A stretch of DNA of 64,000 nucleotides. It comes from Phyllosticta citribraziliensis (lineage: Eukaryota). Location: NCBI RefSeq assembly GCF_038025025.1, contig NW_027117343.1, positions 620,001 through 684,000 on the forward strand, read 5' to 3'. This document shows, in pieces, positions 33,000 to 46,135 of the stretch. Numbering within the stretch: position 1 is the stretch's first letter; every line of letters starts with the position of its first letter. The notes beneath the pieces were generated by a model. It was not told the DNA's origin and searched no databases. It worked only from the letters and a program-made list of their open reading frames with translations. The position numbers and the translations under genes were made by a program.

Positions 33000-35190
33000 A
33001 TGATCGTCCCCTCCTGGTCTGCGCCGCTCATCGCTGCGCTCCCCCTTCTCGGAGGTGCGAGCGCGGCTGCGGCCAAACGTGCCGACTGCAACTCTGCCTT
33101 GACTTTCAGCGGGGCGACATACAGTCTCGGCGTGGATTCTGCAGCGTCGACTCCTTACGCCGTCATCAACGCCCCGGGATCTTCTCCAACCACTGTCCCT
33201 CTCCCGGTCCCAACCTCCTCCAAGGCCACCATCGTCAACAATGCCGAGACCGGCACTGCGGCCGCTCCCGCTTCCACGGCTGCTGGAGGCAATGGCGCAG
33301 CTGCCGGAGGCAGCTCTGCCCCAGCAACGACTGCGGGCTCCGGTGCTGGTTCCGCACCTGCATCGTCTGGTGTCGTCAACGCTGCGGCCTCGGGCACCGG
33401 CGCTGCTGCATCTTCCACCCCCAGCGTGTGCGCAGGAAACACTGCCGATACCAGGAGCCAGTGGTGCGACTATGACGTTGACACCGATTACTACAACGAG
33501 ACTCCTGATACCGGCGTCGTTCGTGAGTACTGGCTGGAGTTGGTCGACAAGACTCTTGCCCCTGATGGAATTCCCCGTCTCGTCCAAACTGTCAACGGTA
33601 CCATCCCGGGTCCCATGATTGAGGCCAACTGGGGCGATACCGTCGTCGTTCATGTCACCAACAACCTGAACAGCAGTCTGAACGGTACCAGTATCCATTG
33701 GCACGGTCTTCGCCAGTCGTTCAACGTCCAGAACGATGGTGTCACGTCCATCACTCAGTGCCCCACGCCTCCTGGCTCGAGCTACACTTACACATGGCGC
33801 GCGGAGCAGTACGGTTCTACCTGGTGAGTTCCACGTCAGCCTTGTCCAACAAAGATTGCTAATTCTTGCAGGTACCACTCTCACTTTGCCCTCCAGACCT
33901 GGCAGGGTGTCTACGGTCCTCTTGTCATCCACGGTCCTGCCACGGCCAACTATGACGAGGATCTGGGCTTCATGATGCTCAGCGACTGGGGTCATCGCAC
34001 CGTCGACGAGATGCACGACTACGCCAACACCCAGGGTGCTCCTGTTCTCGACACTGGCCTGATCAACGGAATGAACACTTGGACGACCAACACCACCAAC
34101 CAGACTGTTGGCAAGAGGTACGAGACCAGCATCGTTGCTGGCAAGACTTACCGCCTGAGACTTGTCAACACTGCCATCAACACCATGTTCAAATTCATGA
34201 TCGACAACCACAACGTGACCGTCATTGCCAACGACTTGGTTCCCATCAAGCCTTTCAGCACCAACATTGTCCCTATCCACATCGGTCAGCGTTACGACGT
34301 CATCTTCACCGCCAACCAGAACACGGTCGCCTCGGACTTTTGGATGCGCGCCATTGCTCAAGTCGCCTGCTCGCCTGTCAAGAACAGCAAGGACATCAAG
34401 GCCATTCTGCACTACGGCAACTCGACCAAGACGCCCACCACCAGCGCCTTCACGTACGTTGATGAGTGTACCGACTTCCCCATGACTGACCTCGTCCCTT
34501 ACCTGCCCATGAATGCCGAGTCGGGTGTCACCCTGAGGGAGGCCGCCACCATCGGCAAGAACAGCGCTGGCTACTACAAGTGGTCCCTGAACTCGACCAG
34601 CATGCTTGTTGAGTGGGCCGACCCGACGCTCAACTCGGTCTGGAACAACGAGACCAACTTCACGGCCAGCAATGCCGTGATTGAGCTTGCCCAGGCCAAC
34701 CAGTGGGCCATCCTTGTCGTCGACAGCACTCTGCCGCTTCCCCACCCGATGCATTTGCACGGTCACGATGTGAGTTTCCTTGCTCTTCCTGACCTTTGGC
34801 CACAACTGACCTCTTTAGTTCATGGTTCTTGCGCAGGGTGTCGGCGCCTACAACAGCAGCATCCCTCTCGAGATGACCAACCCGCCTCGTCGTGACGTTG
34901 CCACCATGCCCGCCTCGGGCTACCTCGTCTTTGCCTTTGAGACTGACAATCCCGGCGCGTGGCTCATGCACTGCCATATCGGATGGGTAAGTCCAGAAGC
35001 AGTCCAGATATCGACATGGCAGCTAACAAGCCGACAGCACGCAGTCCAGGGCTTCGCCCTCCAGATCCTCGAGCGTTACGACGAGATCCGTCCCCTCATC
35101 GACGAGGACCAGCTGCAGGACAACTGCCAGAGCTGGGACAACTTTGACAGCGCGCAGGACATTTCCCAGACCAACGACTCGGGTATTTAA
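33000..35190 (+). CDS. Laccase / multicopper oxidase (AA1)
   Basis: All four Cu motifs: HWHG, WYHSH (across intron 33824-33871), HPMHLHGHD and HCHIGWH-AVQGF (across intron 34987-35037); further intron 34770-34818; ascomycete-type C-terminal DSGI. Confidence 0.96.
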
Positions 35191-36669
35191 AAGACTGCGA
35201 CGATGCAGAGTCGATGAGATATCCTGTGACGGGGATGGGTTGTTTACTTCTTTCCCAGACTTTGGGGTTGGTTTGATGTATTTGGACACGTTGGATGTCG
35301 GCAACGAACATCTTTTTTTCGCATCGTTACAACTGAGTCAATGCCGATACGCTACGGCGCATCGTTGGATTTCGATGGGTTGGGTGGCATGGTCTGGCGT
35401 AGTTTGATCGAGCATTTGTGTATGTAGATATTTGCACCACTCGTTTTTTGGTTGATAGGCTGGGTCCATTACAAGGCGTAGCGATAATTGAGATTGCGAA
35501 TAGAATACCCTGTACTTGTTGCCTGTTGCACATGGTGCATCGAGTGAGACTGGCCTGAGGATAAGGTTCCGTGCCGTGGGCTCCGCTGCCTTGTCTTGGC
35601 CTGTTACGTTCCGATCGCTCGATGGAGAGAAAGGTTAATTGAGCATTGAGAATGATCAAAGCAGCCCTGAGTTGTGCATGTAGCCGTCGACGAGATGATG
35701 TGGAGATGGAGTGAGGTTGAAAGACGACAGGGAGGACCCGGAGCGGGGAAGGGGAGCAAGCCGGCCAGCGGCTCCACCCCTGCCAATCACAGCGACCGGC
35801 GAAGCCAAAGTCGACGACAACTCTTGCACCTCTCCATCACCATGGCGAAACCGACTTGAATCCACGAGTGGACGAATCCAAGGTTGCCCCTCCGATGACG
35901 CGCTGGACTCGTCGTGCGAGACGGGCGAGGAATTTGGTGCTGACGTTATTCTCCGGGCGCGTCTGCCCCAGGCGCCGTGTCTGCGCCCACTCTTGCCATG
36001 GACGGATTGTTTGCCCAGCGTCTTCCACCATCCTTCCGCCAGTGTAAGCTGTTCCCGCTGTCACGGCTACTGGATGCTTGGCCGGGCTTGGATGTTTGAT
36101 TTGTCGCCCGCCGTGCGCAAATCAGAGCGGTGGTTGTCGTGCATGTTCCTCCGCCGAGACGAGAAGACAGTCTTGCCCAACGGTCTAGAATGACGGAGTG
36201 ACACAAGCCAGAGTGAGGCGCGTATTCCGGGCCGGTTCCTGTGCTGCTTGGGTGCTGACGACGACGCCGCATCTCGTCACCCCAGACGGTGAGATCCCAG
36301 CCTCCTCAAATGTCCATGTCGCAGGCGAATGACCACTCTCTCCACCACGCCCGCGCCGAGCCATGCCGCACTGCGTTGGCAGGTTGCCTGTTGTAGCAAT
36401 GTGCCGTGCTCCTGTTTACGTGGAGCGCGCCTCTGCCAGCCTCCCGCTTTATGGCTTTGCCCTGCCTGTCAAAATCAAGTTGTACCCTTGAGGCTCTTGC
36501 CTGCTAACGCCACTACCGCTGCTGTACTGTACATACTGCATCCTCACCGTACATTTTTCACATGCTCTGCCCTCTTTGCGCTTTTGCATGACTTCTTCCG
36601 CTTCTCTCCTACAAACCTCTTCCTTCCTCCTTTCCTAGATTCTTCTCCAAGTCTGTCGATACCCCTAAC

Positions 36670-37769
36670 ATGCGTCCCAAAATATTATCTCTCGTTTTGG
36701 CCCTTAGCGCCGCCGCTCCCTTGAGCTTTGCGCAGACTTACTCCGAGTGCAACCCCCTCGAAAACAGTACGCATCCTCTGCTGGACCCCTCTCAAAATTT
36801 CACGCTAACGGCGACCTAGCAAACTGTCCCTCAGACACCGCCCTCTCCTCCAATTCGTACACGCACGACTTTCGCTCCGGCGCAGACAAGTCCACCTGGA
36901 GCGAAACCTCTGAAGCAATCACCTACACGAGCGCCGGCGCGCAATTCACAATCAGCGAGTCCGGCCAGGCCCCGACAATCGAAAGCTCCTGGTACATCTT
37001 CTTCGGCTCGGTCAGCGTCGTCCTCAAAGCGGCCCCGGGCGTCGGCATCGTCAGCAGCGTGGTGCTCGAGTCGGACGACCTCGACGAAATCGACTGGGAA
37101 TGGCTGGGCGGCGCCAACCAAGAGGTCGAGAGCAACTACTTCGGCAAGGGCAACACGACGGCCTACGACCGCGCCATCTACCTGCCCATGGAGGACACGC
37201 GAGACACGTTCCACAACTACACGGTGCTGTGGACGAGCGACTTTGTCGAGTGGATCATTGACGGCAGCGTCGTGCGCACCCTCAACTACGCCGACGCCGT
37301 CAACGGCAAGAATTTCCCCCAGACCCCCATGCGCCTCAAGATTGGCACCTGGGCCGGCGGCGACAGCAACAACGACGCCGGCACCATCGGCTGGGCTGGA
37401 GGCCACACCGATTACACCCAGGGCCCCTTCACCATGACGCTCGAGAGCGTCAGCGTCGTCAACTACAGCCCCGCCGACAGCTACAGCTACGGCGACACGA
37501 CGGGCGCCTGGCGCAGCATCGCCGTGTCGGGCGGCACCGTCAATTCCAACGAGGGCGGCTACGCCTCGGCGCCTAGCAGCAGCTCTTCCTCGTCTTCGGG
37601 CTCGTCCGGCACCGGCACCACCACCGGCTCCGGCATGTGGTGGACGGCGAGCGCCGCGGCCGTCAGGGCGTCGTCTGCAGCCGGCCCCGCCCTCTCCCGC
37701 GCCACGAGCGTCGCAAAAGCTGCCGTCGTGGCCCTCGCGGCCGCTCTGGTGTTGCTGGTGTCGCCCTGA
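36670..37769 (+). CDS. GH16 Crh-family chitin transglycosylase, GPI-anchored
   Basis: Signal peptide plus QTYSECNPL, intron 36767-36819, catalytic DLDEIDWE, FPQTPMRLKIGTWAGG, Ser-rich tail and hydrophobic C-terminus. Confidence 0.93.
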
Positions 37770-38709
37770 TGCTCGACCAGACGTCGAGTCTTGAAACACA
37801 ACTTCCTGCAAGCGCTTTCCCTTCTGCATTCATTGGACACGACGAAACGAGACGACCTGTACGATAATCTGTCTTCCTACCTGAGCATCAGCGAGCGAGC
37901 GAGCGAGCGAGCGCAAGCGACTTGGGCTTTGGCTTGCCCTTCAACCCATTGGTTCATCGATTCCTCCCCTTCTTTCTTTCCCACCAAACATCCGAAGCGC
38001 AAAGTAACGCGCGGAACGGCATGGCATGGCATGGCATCACACAGCATTTGCGAGGCGCCCTTGGGTCACTAATCAGCGGTCTTTTCTTCTTCCCCTTTCG
38101 TTCCCATTGGTCTTCCCTCTTGGTTGGTGCGCTGCGTACTGTACAGTACAATGCAAACGTACATACACACGCCGACCCGTATAAAGTAAAGTAGCATACA
38201 TAGATAGGTACACTCACAGGCAGACAAATGGACATTCCATGATGACATGGCTACGACTTTTCTTGAGTGATGTGTTGCTGTTGTGCTATGCGTGGTTGAT
38301 GGATCGTAGAAGTCCGTTCGAAGTCACGCGCGATCAACAACGTAAGCAATTTGGTCTTTACCATGCTCATGAACACTGTCATCGGGCAAATCTCTCACCA
38401 TGGTTTGAAGAACAAATTCTGATTTAGCTACTTGCTGACCTCGGCAAGATGCTGACCCTGTTTTCCTCTTGCAACTTGTAGAACCCAACACCGTCCTTGA
38501 GCGCCCACTTCCTGTGGCGTATCATGCAATGGTAATCGTAACTTGCTTCCAGCTTCTCCCAGAAAACGGTTACGCATATTTGTGATTCTGAAGCAAAAGA
38601 CTCCACACTCCCCCGTTCATCTGGAGCGACTTTTTCTCTCCCAGTAATCCCGATGTTGCAATCACTCTTCCGGCCTCCTGTCGAACCCTGCTGTGTTCAC
38701 TTGACGCTA

Positions 38710-40410
38710 CTATTCGCAGCCATGTGCAAGGAGCACGTCGACAATTTCAGTCTTGAGATCAGCGCGAGCTTGCCTCACGGCGGCGCGTCCCATGTTGACT
38801 GCACGTCTTGAAGATGATGTATTGAAATGCTCGTGCGACACGAGAAGCTTGACCATTTCCAAGCAGTCTTTGTGGACAGCTTCCAACAGCAAGTTCGCCT
38901 TGGTTGCCAACTCCCACTTGCAGTGCTGAAGCAATACTTTCATTGCGTCAAATTTGCTCGAATCGAGGCCCTTGATGAGCGGATCAGAGCGGTGTCCCTT
39001 CTTGGAATTGTTGTGCCGTTCGACAACAGTAGTGTTTGGATTTCCTCCATTCTGAAGAAGGGTTTGCAGAAGTTCGGGGGGTCCGGCGCTAATTGCTGCT
39101 TCAATGGGGGTGCTGCCGAGATCTTCGCAGTATTTGTCGACTGAGGCGCCGGCTTGGATGAGAATGACAGCTTTCTTTGACTTGTCGTGTCGACCCCGAA
39201 AGCACACTTGCACCAGCGCTTCGCTGAGCTCTCTCTCACTCATGGTCGGCTTTCGAGCCCAGAACAGTCGAGCTATTTCTGCTGACCCATGGATTGCGAT
39301 CTTGCGAGTCAATCCCTGCTTAATCCAGGTTGCAGGATCGGGGTGCCAGTAGTAAGGAGTGGTAACTGGGAGGCTCGTAGATCTGTACCTATCATAGGCG
39401 GGCAGGATAGCTTTGAAGATTTCGGTGTGATTCCCATTCACTGCACCGCATAGTGGACTGAAGCTGTCGAAGTAGTTTGACTGCCTTTGTCCGAAGTCAC
39501 AGCCCTTCTGTTGGAGGTATTTGATCATATCGGTGTGGCCGTTGCGAGCGGCCGCCCACTGGACCGAGCCCATGAAACGCGGGTGGTATCGATCTCCAGT
39601 TCGGCGAGCCAAAGGGCCATGTTCAGATTCGAGGACGTCCATCAGTGGGATGTCACCCATCCAAGATGCCACTACCAAGCAGCTGTTGACAACATCTTGT
39701 TCAAGGGATGTCTTGGTGTAAAGTGGGTAAGTCTCGCTTCTCTTCCTAACGAGAGAAGAGTACATGGAGAAGTGTTCTTTCGCATGGAAAATGCAGGAGC
39801 AGATTGCTTCGAACAAGGCTTTTCTGCTGAACGTGGGTTCATCGGGTTGTATACGTAGAAGCTTTTCCGCGGTTTGCTGGATCAGAGCCAGGATGCCAAT
39901 GTCGCTGTTGGGACGGGCGAGAGATTCTTCAAGGATCAATCGGGAAATCATGAGAGGTTGTGTCTTCTCAAGATGGCACCAAAAGAGCTGGTTGGATTCT
40001 TGTACAGGCCGGCCTGCTTTGAAGATCGCGCTCGTGATCTCAGCTCTAAAAAGCCCTGTGAACATTAGCCATGAAGTTACAGTTACACAAAGAATCGTGC
40101 ACTCACTGCTCACGAAGCGGAGGTTCATCGTTTGGTCGATTCGGTCTGTCAAATTTTCATGGTCCTTCCGCCTCCAATAGTAGTGGAAAAACACTCTGGA
40201 GATGTCTCGGATGAGCTCCTCCATGATCATCTTGAAAAGCTCCAGGGGCAGTGCTGTGAGGTGGTCGACCTTCTTTTCCTGGGCGACTCGGCGGCGACGA
40301 GGGGCTTTCGATTTGGAGGGCTTTTTGCGGATATCTTCAACGTCGAACGACTGGTTGTCCTTGGACGCAGGCGGATCATGTCCTTTCTTCATTGACCTTG
40401 TGATCGCCAT
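38710..40410 (-). CDS. Ankyrin-repeat protein with N-terminal F-box-like motif (paralogue B)
   Basis: ATG at 40410 and in-frame 51-nt intron 40106-40056. LTALPLELFKMIM, AAARNGHTDMIKYL, PLCGAVNGNHTEIFKAIL, TPIEAAISAGPPELLQTLLQNGGNPN; clear similarity to the 6165-7784 protein. Confidence 0.82.
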   Translation of the reverse strand: MAITRSMKKGHDPPASKDNQSFDVEDIRKKPSKSKAPRRRRVAQEKKVDHLTALPLELFKMIMEELIRDISRVFFHYYWRRKDHENLTDRIDQTMNLRFVSSECTILCVTVTSWLMFTGLFRAEITSAIFKAGRPVQESNQLFWCHLEKTQPLMISRLILEESLARPNSDIGILALIQQTAEKLLRIQPDEPTFSRKALFEAICSCIFHAKEHFSMYSSLVRKRSETYPLYTKTSLEQDVVNSCLVVASWMGDIPLMDVLESEHGPLARRTGDRYHPRFMGSVQWAAARNGHTDMIKYLQQKGCDFGQRQSNYFDSFSPLCGAVNGNHTEIFKAILPAYDRYRSTSLPVTTPYYWHPDPATWIKQGLTRKIAIHGSAEIARLFWARKPTMSERELSEALVQVCFRGRHDKSKKAVILIQAGASVDKYCEDLGSTPIEAAISAGPPELLQTLLQNGGNPNTTVVERHNNSKKGHRSDPLIKGLDSSKFDAMKVLLQHCKWELATKANLLLEAVHKDCLEMVKLLVSHEHFNTSSSRRAVNMGRAAVRQARADLKTEIVDVLLAHGCE

Positions 40411-41944
40411 GGTGGCTAGTTTGCAATGTTTGTAGGGACGGACATCAATCCGCGGGTTTGTTGTCGGTGAAGTCGTCAATGGAAGGTGAAAGAGATGCGG
40501 TTGCGACCTGATGTAGCGACGTGGCGACCTTGAGGCGCAAATTGAGTTGAGTGGCAGAGGCTTCAATTGGCGAGAAGCTTGAGGTGAGGGCGTGAGAATG
40601 GTGCCGGCAGAATTCAAAGGGACATCGACCCTCGCGGCTCAGTGCAATGACCTTGAGATGCGACAAGACGAGGATCGGTCGTCAAAGCCTCGCCAGACAA
40701 CAGACGGGAGTGAGGTCAAGGATTGCGGTGAGATGTCTTCGAGAAGCCGACAGAGTGGCGCCTTGTGGCCTCTTGAGGTGATTTGGCGACGAGAGAGCTG
40801 AGTGTGTATGCTTTGATGAGTGAAGCGAAGGCCGTTGCGAGGGTGGTCGGGAAGGCAAAAGAGCGCCTCGTAGCCAGTTGAAACGGCCTCGAGACGCGAC
40901 GAGAGGGTGGAGTTGGTGGAGGGTGAGTGGTGTCGGGTCCAAGACGCGTGTTCGATGGGCGTAGTAGAAGATGCAGGCGGGCAGGCACCAAGACGCGTCC
41001 GCCCTCAGCCCGATTGGGAAATCTGGGTCGCGTACCACCTACATGTACCTGCCATCCAAACTTCCCAGCGCCGACCTGATGCCGGTGCCCCTTCCGTTGT
41101 TGACCCGCCCGTAGGTCCGGCCGGGGGTGCCTCCTCAGGTCGTGCGCAGCAATCGACCGCGTAAGAGGAACTTTGCCCAAGCTTTCCTCAGTATTTCCCA
41201 GGTCCGCCAAAGACATGCCTGAAGCCCAACTCCGCTCCCGTCGTTTGGTCAGTATGAATGCTCATGTGTCGTCGTCACTTTTGCGACACCCCCATCTAAG
41301 TGCCGCTGTCTCAGACTCTCGACATGAGTAGAAGAGGCGGGCAAGAGATGTTGTGTTCTATCAGAGGAAAAGACCGGTGGGCTGTCCATAAGTCTGGTCG
41401 AGGAATCGACTTTAGCTGTGCTTCATGCATATTCTCCATTCCAACCAGCTTTGACTCGAAGCTGAACATGGCGTCGGTGAAAGATTCAATGTACTGCCAC
41501 TTCTGCCCCCATGGAGGAAATGACTCTGCTCTTCCTTCTTCGTTCATACATTCCTGTACCTTGGAGTGGTAGACTCGACTGTCAGATGGGATGGCCGGGA
41601 GGTCGACGTTCGCTGCGCTTCATCGACGTTCTCCGCTCAGCCAGACTTCGCTTCGCCTTCAAGATGGACATCAGGTCGTCGAGGGGTCCCATGTAGCTCT
41701 TTTGCAGGAGAAGTACTGTACTCTTGACAGTGCTCGTAGCGCGATACCTCCATTTACTCCGGCCAGTTTGGGAGTAGTGCCTTGAAGTCGTCGCCCTGTG
41801 CTTCTCGCCGAGCCCACGATATCAAAATTCAACTCAACTTCACGGCGGTTCGAAATACTTTCGACCGACAGATTACGCATTGCGATCGCCTTTCGCACCT
41901 TCAAAGCCAACTCGACACCATCTTCTCTTTCGAAAGTCGCAACC

Positions 41945-42923
41945 ATGATGTCCCACGAGCTCAAAGCCCTCCTCTGGTTCATGTTCAAGCTCGACACCAT
42001 CATCCTCGCTCTGGTCGTCGTCACCATCGATGCGTGGTTCGCCTTCCCGGTCGACCGCTCCGTTGCGCCCGCTTTGAGCATGCTCAGCATGCAGGTGGCG
42101 ATGGGCGCCGCCGCTTACTACGTCTTCCACATGGTCCTCTACGTACGAAGACCCAGACCCACAAGCCTCGAGTGGCAGCTGTGCTGACGTTTCTGCAGAT
42201 GTCCATCCCCTGCCGCGTCCAAGAGCGGCACCACATCAATCCGCGAATCCTCTTGCTTGTTGGTCTCCTCTCCGTCGCCCTGGTCCTCGGCATCGCCGTC
42301 GTCCTCGTGGCCATGGACTGGCCCGGCGACTTGGAGAACGCGGCGTGCGCTGGGACCGGGGTCGACGCGAGATGGGACTGCGGGATTCTCTTTGGTGCGC
42401 GCTACTGCACCGTCATCTTGCTCGCCTTTGTCCTGGCCCAGATTTTCATGGCCATGTACGTCCTCCCCGCGGACAACTGGGAGATCCCTTTCCCGGTTGG
42501 CATGGTTCGTGACTTGTTCCGCCGCCTCCGCTACCTGTTCCGCCGCTATATCCGCGGGGAGGGGGTCAGCGAGAACGAGGGCATTCCTCTGCGGACCTTG
42601 GGAGACCGCGGTCGTCCTGAAAGGCGTGCGAACGGTCCTGAACGCGAGATCATTCTTTTTGGTCCTTTCAGGCACCCGGGATCGCCAAGGTCGCCAGAGT
42701 CCGAGATCAGGTCCCAGGGTAAGTCTCTTTTCTTCCAATATTCCCTTTCCATTCGGAGACTCTTTCAAGACGGAATGTGGTGACTGATTAAATTCAAGGT
42801 CAAGTCTTGCACGCTGCGGCTGAGGAGCATCCCGCAACTCCCACGCTGACGAGCCGCCACCGCCGCACCATTAGCCGCAACTCTGTAAGCGGCAGCTTGA
42901 CTCTGGGGCTTGAGAACGAGTAG
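41945..42923 (+). CDS. Hypothetical four-TM membrane protein
   Basis: Exons 41945-42142, 42199-42718 and 42799-42923 join in frame; four hydrophobic segments, a Cys-pair loop between TM3 and TM4, polar tail. Confidence 0.6.
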
Positions 42924-43394
42924 TTCTCCTCAGATGCAGGCATGAGGGTCTTCTTTTGCGGGGAACGTCCAACGAGTCAGTGGCGGCACGAACCCTAAAC
43001 ACCACGTTTGCGACTAACCGAGCCTGCAGTACGAGCAAACGAGTCTTACCGTACCCTCCGCCCCTCCCCCATTTCAGCCACTGCTCTTGGCTCGGCGTGG
43101 CACGTCCATCGTCCCGTCCCTTCATTGCGCAAGATTGTCAAGAAAAGCTGGGGTAACTCTGGCGGTCGGGGCGCCTTTGTCCGGTTTGCCGAGGGTGCGA
43201 GGTGGGTTGGGCTGCAGGAACACCGTTTTCGAGAAGGGTTCGTGGGTGCGGGGCCAGATGATGCAGCGAATCTACTGCCCTGCGTCAGGTACAGGATAAT
43301 GGCTTTTTTTTGCGGTGGTTTTTGTTGTTTCCTTAAGTCTTCCCAGGTCCGCATCGTTCGTCTGTAGCTTTCCTCTTTTCCCTTTCCAGCAAAA

Positions 43395-45584
43395 ATGTTC
43401 GGCGGGCGAATGGCAAGGTCACTTCTTTCATTCGCACTTTTTGTCCTCCCTTCTAGTCTCTTGACCGTGGCAGCCGAAGGAAAATGTTGGCGCGACACCG
43501 TCTGCACAGGCCCTTCTACCTCTGCGTTCCCTGGTGAATGGGACTCGTACATTTACGCGCCTTCTTCGCGCACCGTCAGCCCCAAGTCTATCCTCTCCCT
43601 CAAGGGCGGCGATGTCATATCTGGATATCCTGGACCGGTAATCCTCAGCGGCGACACTTCTGCCCTGGTATTCGATTTCGGCATCGAAGTTGGCGGCATC
43701 GTGTCTCTGGAATTCACCAGCAGCGGAGGCAGCAAGGGCGCTCTAGGTCTTGCCTTCACCGAGGCCAAGAACTACATCGGCAAAGTGTCAGACTCTTCCA
43801 ATGGCAACTTCACGTTCGGGGACGGGGCCATCTACGCCAACTTCAGCGCGGCGGGGGAGCATTCGTACGTCATGCCAGACGCAAAACTGCGCGGAGGATT
43901 CAGGTACCTCACTCTCTTCTTAAACGACGAGGACATCGCTGCAGGAGTGAACGTCAACGTCGGAAGCATCGAGCTGGAAATCGGATTTCAGCCCACGTGG
44001 TCGAATCTTCGCGCCTACTCTGGGTATTTCAAATCTTCGGACGAGCTGCTGAATCGCATTTGGTATGCCGGAGCTTATACTCTGCAGACTAATAGTGCGC
44101 CGGTGAATACGGGCCGGCAGTTTCCGTTAATTAGTAGCGGGTGGTCGAATGATGGAATCCTCGGCAATGGCTCGACCATCATTCTTGATGGCGCAAAAAG
44201 GGATAGGACGGTTTGGCCAGGAGATATGGGCGTCGCGGTGCCGGCGGTCGCCGTTAGCACTGGCGAAATGGAAAGTGTCAAATGGGCGCTGCAGGTCATG
44301 TACGACCATCAGGTTAGTTCCTTAAATATGTATCGGCGTGAATGAGAACACGGGCTGACAGACTCACAGAATGCCACTGGGGCTATACCAGAATCAGGCC
44401 CACCTCTCCTGCAGCTGGACAGCGATACTTACCACATGTGGACCATGATTGGGACGTACAACTATGTCCTTTTCACAAACGACATGGGCTTTCTCGACAC
44501 CAACTGGGATCGGTATCTGCGCGCAATGGATTACGTATATGGCAAGGTTGGCGAGACTGGACTGCTCAATGTCAGTGGCACCCGAGACTGGGCGAGATTG
44601 GGACAAGGATGGAACAACAGTGAAGCCAACATGATGTAAGTCTGGTCCTGGTCTCGGATGAGAAATCGACCGGCCTGCTAACACTCGCTTGCAAGACTTT
44701 ACCACACGCTCATTACTGGAGCCAGCCTTGCCGACTGGAAGTCAAATCCGAGCTTGAGCGCCACATGGACCTCCCGGGCTGCTTCGCTTCAGTCAGCCAT
44801 CAACAAATATCTCTTTGACGAAGACAAAGGACTTTACCGGGACAACGCTACGCTTACGTCGGTTTACCCGCAAGATGCCAACAGTCTTTCCATTCTTTTC
44901 GGCGTCGCCTCGTCAGACATGATACCCCGAATATCATCTGGTCTGACTGGGAACTGGAGAGAGTTGGGCGCCGAGACACCAGAGCTCCCTGGCAATATTT
45001 CGCCCTTCATCAGCTCTTTCGAAATTCAAGCGCATTTCTTGGCCGGCGAAGCAGAGCGCGCTCTCGAACTCATTCGACGAACTTGGGGCTGGTACATCAA
45101 CAACAAGAATGGAACCGAGTCCACGGTAATTGAGGGCTTCCTCACGAATGGGTCCTTTGGCTACAGGAGCTACCGTGGATACGGCTATGATTCGAGCTAT
45201 CCAAGCCACGCGCACGGCTGGAGCGCGGGTCCAACGAGCGTGTTGACAAATTACCTTCTCGGATTGAGCATCACCAGCCCGGTGGGAAAGACGTGGAAAT
45301 TTGCGCCGTCTTTCGGTGACGTGGAGAGTGCCGAAGGAGGTTTCAGCACTGCGCTGGGAAAGTTCCGGGCAAGCTGGTCCAAGAAGGGCTCTGAAGTGTC
45401 TCTTGAGTGGGAAGTTCCAGCTGATACTCAAGGTACTGTTGTGCTGCCGAATGAGATTGGGAAAGAAGCCGTCTTGTATCAAGATGGAGAGGAGGTCGAC
45501 GTTGATTTTCGACAAAGCCAGGAAAGCTTCGAATTCGCGGTCTCAGCGACCACGGACACGTATAAACTCAACTGCAAGTTGTGA
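43395..45584 (+). CDS. Secreted alpha-L-rhamnosidase-like glycoside hydrolase (GH78)
   Basis: Signal peptide, FDFGIEVGG, RGGFRYLT, LLNRIWYAGAYT, LDGAKRDRTVWPGD, SDTYHMW and SHAHGWSAGPT; two introns near 44313 and 44637. Confidence 0.92.
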
Positions 45585-46135
45585 TTCCGGCAGAACATGC
45601 ACAATTTCGATAAAGGACTGTCATAGTCATGGCAGAAGGAAAAGGAGGCTCCATTGGTGTGTAAATGAGGGGGCAGAGGAAGCCTCAAAGGTGTGTCAGA
45701 GTAAATATGACAGACAAAACTTCGATTATGTGTTCCAACGTGCTTCAAACTCGTCTGTTACGAGGTCAACAGATGCATCGAAGACTGTTTGAGAGAGAGG
45801 AAGGTTTTGAATGACGCACAAGAAGGCCCAGGGCACCCGGACCTAGCCAGGCAAAGGAAGGGTACCAGATGCCTGGATCGTGCGCTAACCGGAAAAAGGC
45901 TCCTCCGAAGCGTGCAGGGGGTTCCCTCTGGGCACGGCTTCCTTGCGCTCGGCTGAACGCTTAGCTCCGGGTCCCCGGCCATCCTTTTGCATCACCATTT
46001 CGCCGCTCACTTTGCTGCATCCTACTACCTCTACAACCATCGCCACCAACATTTGCAGTCAACACAACTCTCCGTCTCTCACCTCAGCCTGCCTGTGTGA
46101 GGGCGTGGTCCCGAGCGACAACCTCATCATCTGCC

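Noticed and set aside
32970..34805. 611-aa minus-strand ORF
   Set aside because: Antisense to the laccase; explained by codon bias, with no recognisable motifs.
40682..41700. Fragmentary minus-strand ORFs that might be a gene relic
   Set aside because: No coherent splice model or recognisable domain could be built.
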